Origin: Paramoeba atlantica
Lineage: Eukaryota > Protista > Discosea
Reading direction: 5' to 3'
Assembly: GCA_977017575.1 (NCBI GenBank)
Contig: CDRNVI010000010.1
Coordinates: 155,389-219,388 of the forward strand
Length of the DNA stretch: 64,000 nucleotides
The position numbers and the translations under genes are program-made. This document shows, piece after piece, positions 1 to 11,766 of the stretch. Below the pieces are notes generated by a model that saw only the letters and a list, made by a program, of their open reading frames with translations, did no database searches and had not been told where the DNA came from. How positions within the stretch are numbered: the first letter of the stretch is position 1; every line of letters begins with the position of its first letter.

Positions 1-826
1 TGCAGAGTACCGAAATGCGCATCATTTTAAGATATCCGACGGCAAATTTCATAATGTCGGACAGCATCTCGACGACTGCCCTTCTTGTCTCACCGGAAAT
101 GCTGAGCGTGTCAGCGGCTTGTAAAAGTACTTTGGCGAGTGAGCCTGCGGATTCCAAGGCGTGCGAAGTTGATTCTGGTCCTGGAGTCTTGTGCCACCAG
201 AGAAAAGTGGTCCGAAAATACGGGACCAGACCATCTAACTCATCGGCTCCATAAATTTCACATAAAAGATTCAGATAAGATGCAAGTAAATGATGAGATA
301 GGCCTTGGAGGTCTTCTACGTGACTTGGCCAATGTGAAAGCGGTTTCAACTTTGGTGTCTCCTCGGTTTCGGATGTAGTCGCTGGACTACCGGTTTTTGG
401 GCTCTCTAAATCTTTTTTAGCAAGGTTTTCTAACTCAGCAACGAGTTGTGGAAGGTTATTTAGTTTTTTGCTTTGCACTTCCGGTGTAGAACTCGAGTAA
501 AAACGCAATCCAATTCCTTGAAAATTATGTTTCGAAGACTTCAAACGCATCTTGTTTGATTGGAAAGAAAATGGAAAGGCATTTAAAGAAGAGAAGACAT
601 TCTTCGAATATAAATTTAGAAAGTGAAGAAAAGTTTCCTTATGAGGACGCGAGCCGACGGCACAACTGTGCACAAACGTGGTGTTCGGGATACACGAAAT
701 ATTAGGAGTTCGGATTCGTATTTGTCGTTCTAGGTGCTCACAAGAGGGTGAACAAGTGCATAGAGACATAACGTTAATCGATTTCGTTTTCCACGATAAA
801 GGCATCGTAGGGACAGAACACGGCAT
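1..826 (-). CDS. Hypothetical protein, partial (runs off the window start)
   Basis: Manual translation gives a stop-free minus-strand frame from ATG at 826 (MPCSVPTMPLSWK...) to position 1 (>275 aa). It is absent from the ORF track, presumably because no stop lies in the window. Same strand as all neighbouring host genes; no motif recognised. Confidence 0.55.
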   Translation of the reverse strand, partial: MPCSVPTMPLSWKTKSINVMSLCTCSPSCEHLERQIRIRTPNISCIPNTTFVHSCAVGSRPHKETFLHFLNLYSKNVFSSLNAFPFSFQSNKMRLKSSKHNFQGIGLRFYSSSTPEVQSKKLNNLPQLVAELENLAKKDLESPKTGSPATTSETEETPKLKPLSHWPSHVEDLQGLSHHLLASYLNLLCEIYGADELDGLVPYFRTTFLWWHKTPGPESTSHALESAGSLAKVLLQAADTLSISGETRRAVVEMLSDIMKFAVGYLKMMRISVLC

Positions 827-1203
827 GCGGGTACTGATGCAAAGAAATGTTTGCGGTCAAGCCTGGTAGATTTCGTTGTTATGCAATCAGAAGTCACTAA
901 ATCATGATTTCATAGTAAGTGAGATCGTGAAACAGTTGTAAAGCATTTCTTGATACTATGCGGGCCGTATTCTAGTGAAAAACCAAAAGAATAGTACAAA
1001 ATATTAATCAGTCAAAAAGAGGACAGATAGAAGTTTTTATATCAATATCACTTTAGTAATCTTTACATAAGAGGCCTATGCTATGGTTGACCCGAGAATA
1101 ATTTCTTCAACTTGCAAACTGTGTGCACTTTACTGCAATCCTCTTAGCGCTTAGAATCTTTTTACCTTCCGAAAAATGAAAACGAACGGTGCGTGCATGC
1201 CGA

Positions 1204-1377
1204 TTATGAGTATTTTGTCCATCCAAGACTAGTGGCGTGTTGTCGAAAACATTTCCGGCAGCAATACAAACCATATTTGCGAATGAGACCTTTCTCAACA
1301 CTGCACATGCGACACTGGCGACTACCTTTGCCTACGTGTAGAGCCTGACGAGTTTTCCAAATATCGGCGTGAACCAT
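1204..1377 (-). CDS. RPS29: 40S ribosomal protein S29 (uS14)
   Basis: 57-aa ORF below the track cutoff: [57 protein letters not shown]. It has the GKGSRxCxxC...[16 protein letters not shown] zinc motif of S29. Confidence 0.93.
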   Translation of the reverse strand: MVHADIWKTRQALHVGKGSRQCRMCSVEKGLIRKYGLYCCRKCFRQHATSLGWTKYS

Positions 1378-1686
1378 TTTCCGTAAAATTACGTGCTATC
1401 AAAAAATCAATATAAAGAAAAAAAAATGTGTTGAATCTTTTGAATATTTTTCTGATTACCTTACAATAGCAGCACTTGGTTCTTGAATTACATGAATGAG
1501 CTACATGAATGAGTTACATGGAAGGGACACCTGCGAAAAACTACAATTTTCAAAACTATCTCTCCAATATAATGCAACTCCTTACAGATTTGTCTTGAGT
1601 CGACATTTCCGCAAAAAGCAAAAGCTTCTCGAGATAGATAAAGAAAAGGAAAAAAAGAACAATACAGCTTTACCTATTGGAACGCT

Positions 1687-1998
1687 TTAACTGACATTTA
1701 CTAGAGAGGACTCACTCGTTTCTCGTAAATCACTGTCCTCCATACGTACCATGGCGGTGCTTGGAATCATACACATGGACAAAAAGCGTTCTCGAATAAA
1801 CATACTATTATTTTGTGTCATTTCCGCATTTTCGTTGGAGTTTCCTACATCGTCCTCTGCTGGGATCGGCGGAAGAGACTCCCACGCCTCACTTAGAATC
1901 ACGTGACCATCACAGTCATAACTCGCAATGACGCCTCGAAAGACCCTACCGTCCGTAATGGTTATGTGCACTCGGCGTCCTAGAAAAGTCTTTGACAT
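1687..1998 (-). CDS. Sm/LSm-fold protein, most like the NatC auxiliary subunit (Naa38/Mak31/LSMD1)
   Basis: Sm1 motif (VHITITDGRVFRGVIASYDCDGHVILSEA) and a Sm2-like motif (RFLSMCMIPSTAMVRME). First ATG at 1998; the track starts at a TTG at 2010. Confidence 0.72.
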   Translation of the reverse strand: MSKTFLGRRVHITITDGRVFRGVIASYDCDGHVILSEAWESLPPIPAEDDVGNSNENAEMTQNNSMFIRERFLSMCMIPSTAMVRMEDSDLRETSESSLVNVS

Positions 1999-2206
1999 TC
2001 TTGTGCGCAAGTTAGGAGGTAAACCTCATGATAATATGTATAAAATTCTGGAAAAAGCAAATCGTATATTTTCTACAAATTAATTTTACAAACAAAAGAG
2101 ATAAATATACAAGTAAATTGGTTTGAACCGTAGTATCCTGAATTTGACAAAGTAATACCAAACAATACTTCGAAAAAACATCGAACAATTCTTTTTCAAA
2201 TTCACC

Positions 2207-4294
2207 TCATCTTGCCGTTTCCTCCTGAACTGGTTTGTCCTGAACAAAACCGGTCATTTCCACGGGCGCGTACTTACCACCACTGTGTTTCAAATCGTAG
2301 TAGTAACACACATAAATGGTATCAATACACACGGCATAGACCTGGAAAAACACACAGGACATAAAATAACACACAACGGCAATAAACACAAGAGGGAGTA
2401 CCGTACTTTGCTCGCTTACAAACGATTCCTCACAGAATATTCCCCGCTGCAGGAGCAAATGGCTGCACAGGACACAGGAAAAAACAACCAGCATTTTGCC
2501 TAACCCAATCACGACCCCTTCCACGGCACTGAGCACCACAGCAGTCGCAATATTATCCAAAATAATATGAAAAGCCTCTCGGGCAGCGGAACAGAAACAC
2601 TGGGAGGTAATACACATCACAATGTAACCGTTACGTGAGATCACTTTGAGAAACTTTTCAAAACAAGCGAGTAAGCATTCCGCGATGCAGGAGAAAAACC
2701 GGTTCACGTTGGGCCGGCCCGCGACCTTCTCGGCTTGTGTGGCAATCAGTCGCATCGCAATGCGTAGCATTTGAACCAAAGCAATGAGTAACGTCCCAAG
2801 CGCGAGCGTCCCGGCATGATACCCGAGTGTCCAGCACGTTGCTCGGGCAATGGATCCATAGGGGAGATATTTATGCGTCGACGCCTGGGCTTCTCTTTTC
2901 TCTGGAGATGAAGCCATCACCGAGGGACAGCTAAAATACCAAAATACGGTACAAAAGGCCAGAATGGTAAACCCCACAGCCGTGACAAACCCCAGTGACC
3001 ACAAAGCCCCGAAAAGCGTGTAGACATACAAATAGGGTCGGTAGAGGTCGTCACAGACAAATCCCCCAATGTTATAGCTCTCCTCCATAGTTTGATTGCC
3101 CCACGAGAAGGTTGAATTTCGTATGGAAAACGGAATTTGCACCGTATGGGAACAATCCGAGGTGTAGAGAAACAACCCGACGCCTGCGGACCACACCACA
3201 ATGAGCAACTGGACCGCGGAGGTCACCAGCGACACCCCCACCATCGAGGGGGCCGCGGAGAGCACGCGCCCGCCCATACGAATCATATCACACGCGGTGT
3301 CCACATGTCGCGCAAACCAAAACATGAGCAGAACGTAAACCAACGTGGTGGCCGCGAGACCGTACGAACTGAGGCGCCAGAATTGAGCCGACTGCGTGGA
3401 GAAAAGCGAAATCGAGGCCTGCGGGGTGCGCGCTGGATTCGCCATGGCCTCTGCCTGGGTGTGGAGGTACCACGTGAGCAGGAGAAACAGCAGCAGCACG
3501 AGCACGATACTCAGCCACACGAGGGGCTTCACCGCGAGACGCATCAGTTGGATGTAGAGCACACTGAGGAGCACACAGAGCGCCGCGGAGAGGAGCAGAA
3601 CTCTCCAGCAGTCACAGAGCTCGGAGAGGCCTTGGGTTAAGACTCCGGAGATTTGCATCGCGTAGGGAATTTGGGAGAGATAGGGGGAGAGGGTCGCGGT
3701 GGGGAGCCTTTGGGGCACACAGCGATGGGCAAAGGTTTGGGTGTCGTAGGTGATGGGGTAATACGCAGGAATGTACCACGGAAGAGCGGAATGGTTTGAG
3801 TGGGGGTCGCGCGAGTGACGGGGGACATCTCCGTAGGTGTAGACTTTTTGAGATTCCGGTAAAAAGAGGGCTGAAAATGGGCTTTGAGCGTTGTGAAAAG
3901 GCTCAGGGCATTGACGCACACACAGCGCACGCTGTACCCCTTGGTAGGCCATGGCCAGCACGGTGTTTGTGTCGTTGGAGGAGGCCAACGCCTTTTCCGG
4001 GGCAAGCGGTACCCATAAATGCGTATTCTCCTCCCATCGTTGACTTTGGTACACACTTTGGTCCGGGATGTGGTTGGAAAACTCCGGGGGTCCGGTTCCC
4101 TTGCCACAGACATAGCCGAGGTAGTCCGTGCCATAGAGTAGACGGTTGGGATCCCCGGATTTAAGGCTCAGTCCTCCGAGTACAAGGAAACCGACCCAAA
4201 ACACAACGAACAGGACAAGAAAGAAAACATCCGTACAGCTTCGATGGGTGACGTAGGTGGAGGGGAGTTTGTTGTCACCCCCGCAGCAGAGCAT
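2207..4294 (-). CDS. Choline transporter-like protein (CTL/SLC44 family)
   Basis: 695 aa with RSCTDVFFLVLF, GDPNRLLYGTDYLGYVCG, YHAGTLALG, and CFEKFLKVISRNGYI motifs, plus ~10 hydrophobic segments. Confidence 0.92.
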   Translation of the reverse strand: MLCCGGDNKLPSTYVTHRSCTDVFFLVLFVVFWVGFLVLGGLSLKSGDPNRLLYGTDYLGYVCGKGTGPPEFSNHIPDQSVYQSQRWEENTHLWVPLAPEKALASSNDTNTVLAMAYQGVQRALCVRQCPEPFHNAQSPFSALFLPESQKVYTYGDVPRHSRDPHSNHSALPWYIPAYYPITYDTQTFAHRCVPQRLPTATLSPYLSQIPYAMQISGVLTQGLSELCDCWRVLLLSAALCVLLSVLYIQLMRLAVKPLVWLSIVLVLLLFLLLTWYLHTQAEAMANPARTPQASISLFSTQSAQFWRLSSYGLAATTLVYVLLMFWFARHVDTACDMIRMGGRVLSAAPSMVGVSLVTSAVQLLIVVWSAGVGLFLYTSDCSHTVQIPFSIRNSTFSWGNQTMEESYNIGGFVCDDLYRPYLYVYTLFGALWSLGFVTAVGFTILAFCTVFWYFSCPSVMASSPEKREAQASTHKYLPYGSIARATCWTLGYHAGTLALGTLLIALVQMLRIAMRLIATQAEKVAGRPNVNRFFSCIAECLLACFEKFLKVISRNGYIVMCITSQCFCSAAREAFHIILDNIATAVVLSAVEGVVIGLGKMLVVFSCVLCSHLLLQRGIFCEESFVSEQSTVLPLVFIAVVCYFMSCVFFQVYAVCIDTIYVCYYYDLKHSGGKYAPVEMTGFVQDKPVQEETAR

Positions 4295-4583
4295 GGCGTC
4301 CGGAGCACGTGTGGGGGATTCTTCTTATGCAGGAAGAAGATTTACAGCGTTTGGTTTATAAAGGCGATATGGTTTTGCCAGGCCCGTGCTTCATGGTTGG
4401 TTTTGCATGGGGAGGAATAGAGAATAGTTCTAGATACGATCTAGACTCGATAAGATAGAGAAAAAACGATGAATCACAAAATGGACGGTTTTTAACGAAA
4501 CATAACTCAAAGACTTATGATTTTAACACAACCTGATGTACAAAAACCTATCAAGCACTAAAGTAGATGGAGTCTACTTTTCT

Positions 4584-5405
4584 CTAAATTTCAACTGTGG
4601 CAGCGACAACAAAATTGCTCCAGTCCGCGTCTTGAAACGCAGCCTTGTCTTCCTCCGCCTGCTGTGTTTCCTGGTTTTCCTTTACCCTGGTTTTCTCCCT
4701 CTGCCACAGCGCACTGTCCCAGCAACGCGCCAGCAGCTCATCGGGGCGGCATGTGCTCTGCGTCTCCAACGCTTCCACAAGACCACCGGAGGGTCGCAAA
4801 ATACGCTGGTAGGATTCAAACAAATGCCGAAAGAGATGAAACCTTGGGTGTCCATCTTTTAGAAAATCAAAATAGGGGTTTCGCTTTTCATGCGTCATCA
4901 GGGCGTGCATGAACTCCTCTCCGTAGATGACCAGATACTGGGCGGTGTGTTTCATCAGCTCCAATGTAGTAAGGCAGATTTCATTCCCAGTGGGACTGAA
5001 ATCCGCATCTAGACTGTGGATAAGGGGGAGGGGGTCGGTAGCAGGAACAGGCCGCTCCTCGTTTAGCATCGCGCAGAGAAGAGAATGGGTTTGTGTTTCG
5101 GGTGATACGAAAGATGAAGTTGTGGTCGTCCCCGATGGCTGAGTAGCTTGAGGTGTCGTATCCACAGCGGGGGTTTGGTCCCGTAACTCTTGTTTGTATT
5201 CCTCCACTTTTTGACGGTAGTACGCGTGGTAGGGGTTTTCGGGCTTCAAAAAGCTAAACGTTACGTTGGTCATGATGGTTCGATTCGCAAGAAGCCCGTA
5301 CTCGAATTTTTCACCTTTCTCAGCAACCCTCTTGGCTGTTTTATCGACCGTCTCCCGAGTGCTCGGAGGAGGAAGAATCACGCGGGAGGAAGGGGCAGCG
5401 CTCAT
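4584..5405 (-). CDS. Splicing factor SF3a120/Prp21-like, two SURP (SWAP) domains
   Basis: IILPPP..VDKTAKRVAEKGEKFE and FSFLKPENPYHAYY (SURP1), KHTAQYLV..GEEF and YFDFLKDGHPRFHLF (SURP2), ending in DWSNFVVAATVE. Short (273 aa). Confidence 0.85.
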   Translation of the reverse strand: MSAAPSSRVILPPPSTRETVDKTAKRVAEKGEKFEYGLLANRTIMTNVTFSFLKPENPYHAYYRQKVEEYKQELRDQTPAVDTTPQATQPSGTTTTSSFVSPETQTHSLLCAMLNEERPVPATDPLPLIHSLDADFSPTGNEICLTTLELMKHTAQYLVIYGEEFMHALMTHEKRNPYFDFLKDGHPRFHLFRHLFESYQRILRPSGGLVEALETQSTCRPDELLARCWDSALWQREKTRVKENQETQQAEEDKAAFQDADWSNFVVAATVEI

Positions 5406-5652
5406 TGTTTAAAAAAAGTAGACTGGGTTAAAAAAATCTACCAAATGATGTTTGAGTTTTGTGGGGCATTGAATGTGTCTATCAAATCTGAATATTTCAA
5501 AGGTACTGACCCATCCTTTAATTACATTTAAATTGGTATGCAAGCCCATAAAAACAAACATCTGTGAACCATAAAGCACAAACCTACATGAAGAACACAG
5601 CAATTTACTGCATTACGTCTGTTTTGCCCCTTTTCACACCCCCTTATTGCCC

Positions 5653-6171
5653 CTATTTCGCCCGACAAACCTCCGGGATCGTAAACTTCCCGGCCTGGTT
5701 ATTCATCAGCAGCGCAATAATCAGCCCATACAACCCCAAAGCCTCTCCAAAAATCAACATTAAAATCATAGCCACAAAAATCCGGTCCTGCCGCGCGTAC
5801 GCCCGCACCGAGGTATCCCCCACTATCCCAATCGCAAACCCCGCGGCCAGGGAGGACAACCCGGCCGCGAGTCCGGCCCCAAAATGCATATACCCCGCAA
5901 AGGCGGAGTAGGTCCCGTCGACGCGAATACTGCTGTTGATAATCACCGCAACAATGAGCCCATAAATCCCCAGAATCCCTGCCATCACGACGGGGACGAT
6001 CCCACGCATAATACGCTCGTGGTGGAGCACCCCGAGGTGGGCGACCCCGACCCCGGACTTGGCAGTGCCGTAGGCGGAGCCGAGATTGGCAAAGACAAGC
6101 GCAGCGGTCGCCCCCATGGCCCCGAAGAAGGCCGCAGAGGGGGGGAAGAGTTTGTCACAGATCTCAGACAT
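5653..6171 (-). CDS. V-type H+-ATPase 16 kDa proteolipid subunit c
   Basis: [43 protein letters not shown], and [14 protein letters not shown]-like helix 4 with the conserved Glu. Confidence 0.97.
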   Translation of the reverse strand: MSEICDKLFPPSAAFFGAMGATAALVFANLGSAYGTAKSGVGVAHLGVLHHERIMRGIVPVVMAGILGIYGLIVAVIINSSIRVDGTYSAFAGYMHFGAGLAAGLSSLAAGFAIGIVGDTSVRAYARQDRIFVAMILMLIFGEALGLYGLIIALLMNNQAGKFTIPEVCRAK

Positions 6172-6329
6172 GGAGGAGAAGGAGGGAGGAGATAAAGAAA
6201 GAATTCTAAAGGAATATCAAGAGGGTGAGTTACAAGGTGTGTTTTGCAATACATACCGTGTTGGACAAACACGTCTTGTTTTACGTCCTACTTACGTGTG
6301 GACAAGAGTTTTTGGACAAGAGTTAAAAA

Positions 6330-6800
6330 AAAATATCATTCAGGATTGCTCTTCCCCTCCTTACGCAGGCTGCATCTTGCACCTTTTGTTAGTAAGAGCA
6401 CAACTTTCCTGACGTACAGACTAACTCATAGCCCTAGCTACTCGTTTTACAGCACTAAGGGAGCAGGGGAACCCAAGTTTGACCATTATAGAATGTACCC
6501 AAGAGAAAGATGGACACCCGCCCGGTTTCTCATTTTCATCATCGAATAGCTTTTTCGTCGCTCTGCGAAATCTTTCCGTCCCTATTTTACAGGGCCTTCC
6601 TTGCTTTTTCTTGCAAGCCTGACCCCCTTCCATTCTGCTCCGTTTTATGATAGAACGAATGGTAGTGCGGTCTCGCACAAAAAAAGAAGCTAGTTTATGA
6701 ATGGACACCCCCCTCTGGTGTTGTTTGAGAATTTCAGATCTTTCAATGGGGGTAGTACGGTCAATTCTGTGCGAAATGGGGGGATTTTTATTCTTTTGGT
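6330..6800 (-). mobile_element. Tc1/IS630-like transposase N-terminal fragment, related to the element at 60692-62415
   Basis: NPPISH..ERSEILKQHQRGVSIHKLASFFVRDRTTIR aligns with NPPISH..ERKEIIKQHKKGLSIHKLSNNFGRDRRTIR of ORF 61026. The catalytic domain is lost. Confidence 0.7.
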
Positions 6801-7268
6801 ACTCATAAAGGTTGGGGGAAGGGGAAGAGGCGGACATAAGGGTCGTAAAAAGTCGCATTCGCATTGGATGCTTTTTTTTCATCGCTAAGGTCGCGATGCT
6901 GAAGAGTGAATGCGGAGTCACGATACGTTCAGTCCGACGAACTGTCACTTGCACGGTATTGGTTTCATGTCGGACGTTGTCTGGCGATCCTCATCTTACC
7001 ATTTGTACTAATCGAGAGCCCGGAAAGGTAAATCATTGCCGAATAAAGAAATGCAAGTGGGCACCTTATTAACCCCCCGTCACGATAAGTGACCATAGGC
7101 CAATTTTTGGTATATGAGGCCGTTTTATCTAATTTTTGTAGCATTTTGCAGATCTCATTGCCCAATTTCTTGGAGGCACACACTTGGTGCAAATGCTGAA
7201 CAATTGCATCTGGTGGGTGTCACTTACCATTTTTTTCACCTTTTTACCACTTTGCTTGATTTGTTATA

Positions 7269-8678
7269 GTGTGTAAACACAGTTCGTGTGGACAATATGG
7301 CCTATTAGGCGAACATCCCAGCGTCAACGTCGTAGAAATCGGATTCAGAAAACTCAACGAGCGGAAACCAATGCACCCTAGCGGCGACGGAAGCGGAAAA
7401 AGCGGCCATCCGGAATCAGTAAACTCCGATACTCACGCAAACTCGCCGTCGACAAAAGGGAATCATGGCTGTGGAACCGAGACATTTCCGGATCCAAAGG
7501 ATCTACGATTGAAGGGATACAAATGGGTTGAAAATTGGTATGTTCATGACCCCTACGCTTTCGATGTTTTTTCGGACGAACCAATCTCCCTGACGGCTGA
7601 GCAAGTCTACTTTTTCGAGTGTGATAGTCCAGAAATTCACATCAAAGAGTTGGAGACGGAGTTATCTCCGAATCCCCGACGCGTAGAATTCTCGACTCCA
7701 TTCGACGAAAGTCGGAACGCGACCGAAGTGACTGGAAACGCAAGTAACATATTCTCGATGTCAAACGGAAATTCACAAGTCCTCTCCCATTTCCCTTCGA
7801 AACACCCGCGGAACTCTTATTGGATAAGGTGTCGGAAGTTAAATTCCATGGATCAACGCAGTTGAAGACGGAGGTTTTAGAACAAGAAATCTGATACGTG
7901 AGTTGCGGGATGCACCAGAATTTGGCTTACGCCCCAATTTGTATTTTTCGGATCGATCATTTGTCAAACAGCAAGAGCGTTTTTTGATACACTTTTCTGC
8001 AAGTGGATTTTATTTGCACCTATGACGCAAGGATGGGACCAAGAAGTGTACCTTGAAATGGGAGCTTGCAGCACTCCGCAAAGATCAAGTTGCTAAATAC
8101 GAGTTTGGACGGATTCAGGTGGACGAGACGTTTATCGGAAAGCGGAAATACAACCGGGGACGACCTCAGCGTAAACGAGGGTGGTGGTTTGCGACAGTGA
8201 CGGAGTCCAGAGAGACAGGTAAGACTGGGCGGACGCACTGGAAATTAGTGAAGCGCCGTGACAAACCCACGCTACACGGCTTCATTATACCCCACTTGGC
8301 AAGTGCGCGTTCTGTCCTGGTCAGCGATTGTTAGGGAGCCTACAATGGCGTCGACCAATTGTGCCCACATTACTCCGTCACAGTAAGGAATTTGTGAATG
8401 AAAGAGGGTACCATACGAATGGTGCCGAGAGCGTACACAATACAATCAAGTATTGGGCGCGCTTGCAACACTACAACTTCGGGGCGACTACTTTGGAGTT
8501 GCGCTGCAACGTTGCGTTGCAATGCGTGGAGTATGGCGACACGCATGATGGTCGGGAAGTCTCACGGCAGAATCGCTTTGCCAATCTCTTGGAATGTATT
8601 CGTGAGCACTTTACATTCCCTCCCGAAGAGTCTGATGAAGTCAGCTGCGACAGTTGCGCGTCTGAGTATGATGAGTAA
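7269..8678 (+). mobile_element. Merlin (IS1016/IS1595-like, ISXO2 domain) transposase pseudogene, copy 1
   Basis: IQVDETFIGKRKYNRGR, THWKLVKRRD, LVSDCW-like (frameshifted), YHTNGAESVH motifs; several stops and frameshifts. Confidence 0.87.
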
Positions 8679-8779
8679 TACGTAAAATTCGGAACGTCTG
8701 TACATATTTCTTTTTTTCTCCAATACTCTGTACGTATGCGTTTATGCTATATAGTTTACAAAAAAGAAAAGAAAAAAAA

Positions 8780-11320
8780 GACCTACATGGCTTCAGTTTC
8801 CTTTGCCGCGCATAAAGACGGTTGGAATCCGATGGAAGCACCAGGCTTTAAGGCTGCAGTGCGAGACGTTAACAGGAAAGCAGGGGCCGGCTTATCAACA
8901 CGGAGACAGGAAAATTCATCAGCCCACCCCCTGCCCCGAGAGGACGTCCTTCCAACCCGTCTTTCCCTCCAAAGCTCAACTCTTCCGCTCACGCCACTTC
9001 CGACACCTTCGGACAGCCTGCTCACCCCGACCTGGAAATTGACCTAGACGTCGACCCACGGGACTGGGATGAACGCTCGATTCCGCATCAGGAAACCATC
9101 GTACACACAATTGCCGAACATAAATTCCGTCTTGCCTACAATGCTGCGGATACGAGAACGCGCACTCGATGGACGTCACAATCCGGGAAAGGGGCGAGTA
9201 GTTGAGCATTCGTAACGCCACCCCAAGACATTTCCCCTTCACTCCTTCAGAATTCCTGAAGCTGCCACCATCTCTGGTGCGATGGTGGCTCGGGGAGAAT
9301 ATTTACGTCGAAGCACCCCCTTGCCCTGCCCTGGAGGTGCTCCCTTCCGTTGAGCCTTGACGGCGATCACGCCCTAATGTGTAATCACGACCAGACAACG
9401 CTACCACAGCCAGACACAACGCCCTCGTTGAAAAACAGCTCGCACCATCTTTTATTTTAAGACCATCTTCTATTTTAAGACTATCTTTTATTTTAATTTA
9501 TTTTAAAATATTATGGCGGATGCTTCCGGAACGTGTAAGGGGACAGGCTTTTGAAACCCTTACACGGACCAAGCGTGGTCGGGGGGTCATCTTTCGATCA
9601 CCCGAGCGGGAGGGGTCTGCTAAACTCCGGCAGAGGGCGGTGCGGGCGCTCTGTAAGATAGTCCGCGTTGGGGCTCATCTTCGCGTCACGTGGAGACACG
9701 ACAACTGTTGCGAGACTCTGTTTGTTTGGGAGGGCGAAGTCGTGTGTGAGGGGCCGGCTTATCTCAAAAGCGTAGGCGGGCATACTCAGGGGGGATCCTC
9801 GGTAACTCGAGGTGAACCTTTGGCCGGTACATTTCGTGTTCGGTACGTGGCGAGGCCGCACACGACTCTCCCCTTTCCCCCCTTACCGAATACAGGTGTC
9901 GTGCTCTGCGCGGTGCAGGTGAGTAACCCGGCAAAGGCGAAACGAAGGAGCTCCCGTCACCGCCCTCGGTCACACTGGGCGTCGCGTGGCACACACGCCC
10001 AACGAGATTCGGAGAACCTCAAAGGTTCCGCTGCGAAGGAGGACACAACCGTTGCAACACTTAACGTTACGACGTTAAAACTCGAGGGGGAAGATGAATT
10101 CTCTCTTCGAAGATGCAGCCGTTTGAACGAGGTGCTTGCTTTCATGCAGGTAAAGGGGGTTGTCATCATGTGCCTTCAGGAGACCAAATACAATTTCTCG
10201 AAGGAAGGCCATGAGGATGGAATCCTCTATAGGCAGGTTGAAAACCTAGGGGAGCGTTTTCATTTGTATTTGCTGTCGGTCGCCGCACGCGATTCATATA
10301 ATGGCATGGCCATTGTTAGCCGACATGCGTTTCGGAAGGTTTGGATGGTGAGCAATAGGGTGATGGGAGCTGAGTGTCCCCTGGAGGAGGGGACCGGCAC
10401 TTTGTTTAATGTCTACATGTATGGCCCTATACGGGACTCCTCAGAAGCCGTTCATGCGGCATTTCTGGGTGACTTGGACAAGGCGTGTCGTGAGGTCAAG
10501 GCAGAACGGAAACGCAGACCTTTATTGGTCATGGGGGACTTCAATGTACCGATAACGCTCGTGACAAATCCGAGCATGGATCCCCGAGCGGTCTCTCAGC
10601 TGAAAGGCCTCTTATGCTCCATCGGCTGCAAGTCAGCACACACCCTCTGCCCGAGCAGGAGAAAATGGACATGTGAGTTGCCGGGCAGGAGGGCGGAGAC
10701 AAAGGACCGTCGCAACGTGGGAACAGAGAGGGTAAGGCAGGAGGGGGAAGAAGGAAAGGTGGAACTGGGAAGGAAGGGTTCAGAGCCAGAGGGGACGGAT
10801 AACAGTGGTATGGTGAAGAGGGGCAGAGAAGGATGAGAGGAAAATGGGGACAAGGTACTTGATTTCGAGGTCACCCACGCCCAGTAATCCAAATACTCGG
10901 ACAAAGTCCGTAACGCTAGCTCGGTGGCCGCGGGGTCATTTGCCGAGCACTACGCCACGGAGCACAAGGAGCGACAACGAAGAGTCTGTAGGCACTGTCC
11001 CGAACTTCGCTGCCATGGCTGTTGAGAGCAACGGTTCGTGGAGCGTTAGCGTGGCAGCTAACGTGGCATGCTTCGATGGGTTGGCATAAGGAGGGCCCAA
11101 GCCTCCCAAGGTACCCTGACCGAGGAAGCGGCAACGAATAAACTCTATCTAGAGCTGAACGTGACCCTTGTGCGAGCCCAAGCTCGGATGATGGTCACCC
11201 GTATGTCTGTTTCCGACCCATGCGCCCCAATCACTGATGATTAGGGCTCCGGACGATCTAGAGTGTTGATCGGGCGGGCAGCCCCTATTCTCACGCCTCA
11301 CCTTCGCAGGTGAGGCGCAG
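8780..11320 (+). mobile_element. 5'-truncated CRE/SLACS-like non-LTR retroelement (copy B), interrupted by an APE-coding insert at ~9400-10850
   Basis: 8800-9400 matches 50200-50790 (AYNAADTRTRTRWTSQSGKGA, RWWLG, DGDHALMC). 10850-11240 matches the restriction-like endonuclease end at 50965-51350 (VLDFEVTHAQ, VAAGSFAEHY, NVTLVRAQARMMVTR). Confidence 0.78.
9520..10836 (+). pseudogene. Apurinic-like endonuclease (APE/EEP) ORF of a LINE-type element, C-terminally truncated
   Basis: VATLNVTTL, MCLQETK, GMAIVS, LFNVY and LVMGDFNVP motifs. The IDY/SDH motifs are missing and replaced by a purine-rich low-complexity tail. No RT follows. Confidence 0.8.
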
Positions 11321-11766
11321 GTTGCTGATGTGAATCCTATCTTGGAACGCTCCTACGCCTGCGCAGGAAACGGAAGTTCTTCGCGCGGCGCTCAACATAT
11401 TCGCCGCAACTGAAGAGAAGAGTTCGCCGCACTTGCAGCGGAGTGATTTTAGTAGCCCAGAAGCATCACGTTGAGCATCTTGCAGCGCATCATAGCATGT
11501 TCTGGGAAGGCATAATGTGGTTAGCGGAGCTCTTCTACTCAAGGTAGCAGGCTTCACCCGTCTGCGAAAGGCTTCGATCGTCGCTCTTCTCAAAGCAAAC
11601 CAGATCTCACATTTGAAAAGAAAAGCGACTAAACAAAGAAGTGTATTTGCCAAGACAGGCTGGCTTTTCAGAAGAGGTGTAGAATGCTTTTTTTCTAAGC
11701 AGTTGCGCAATTACATTCGAAAGTAGTAGATATGTCATTCCTCCAATCAAAGCGATTTATTGAATT

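Noticed and set aside
2285-4164. Plus-strand ORFs overlapping CTL and other GC-rich genes (also 26107-26965, 27169-28584)
   Set aside because: Antisense shadow ORFs of GC-rich genes, with no motifs.
9540-9660. Possible HDV-like ribozyme at the 5' end of the APE ORF
   Set aside because: Only a short hairpin and a GCTAA motif are visible; I could not build the nested double pseudoknot by eye.
8780-11240. Dual-endonuclease (APE+RLE, Dualen/RandI-like) retroelement
   Set aside because: The APE lies between the Zn knuckle and the RLE, replaces CRE sequence, is truncated and has no RT behind it; nested insertion is simpler.
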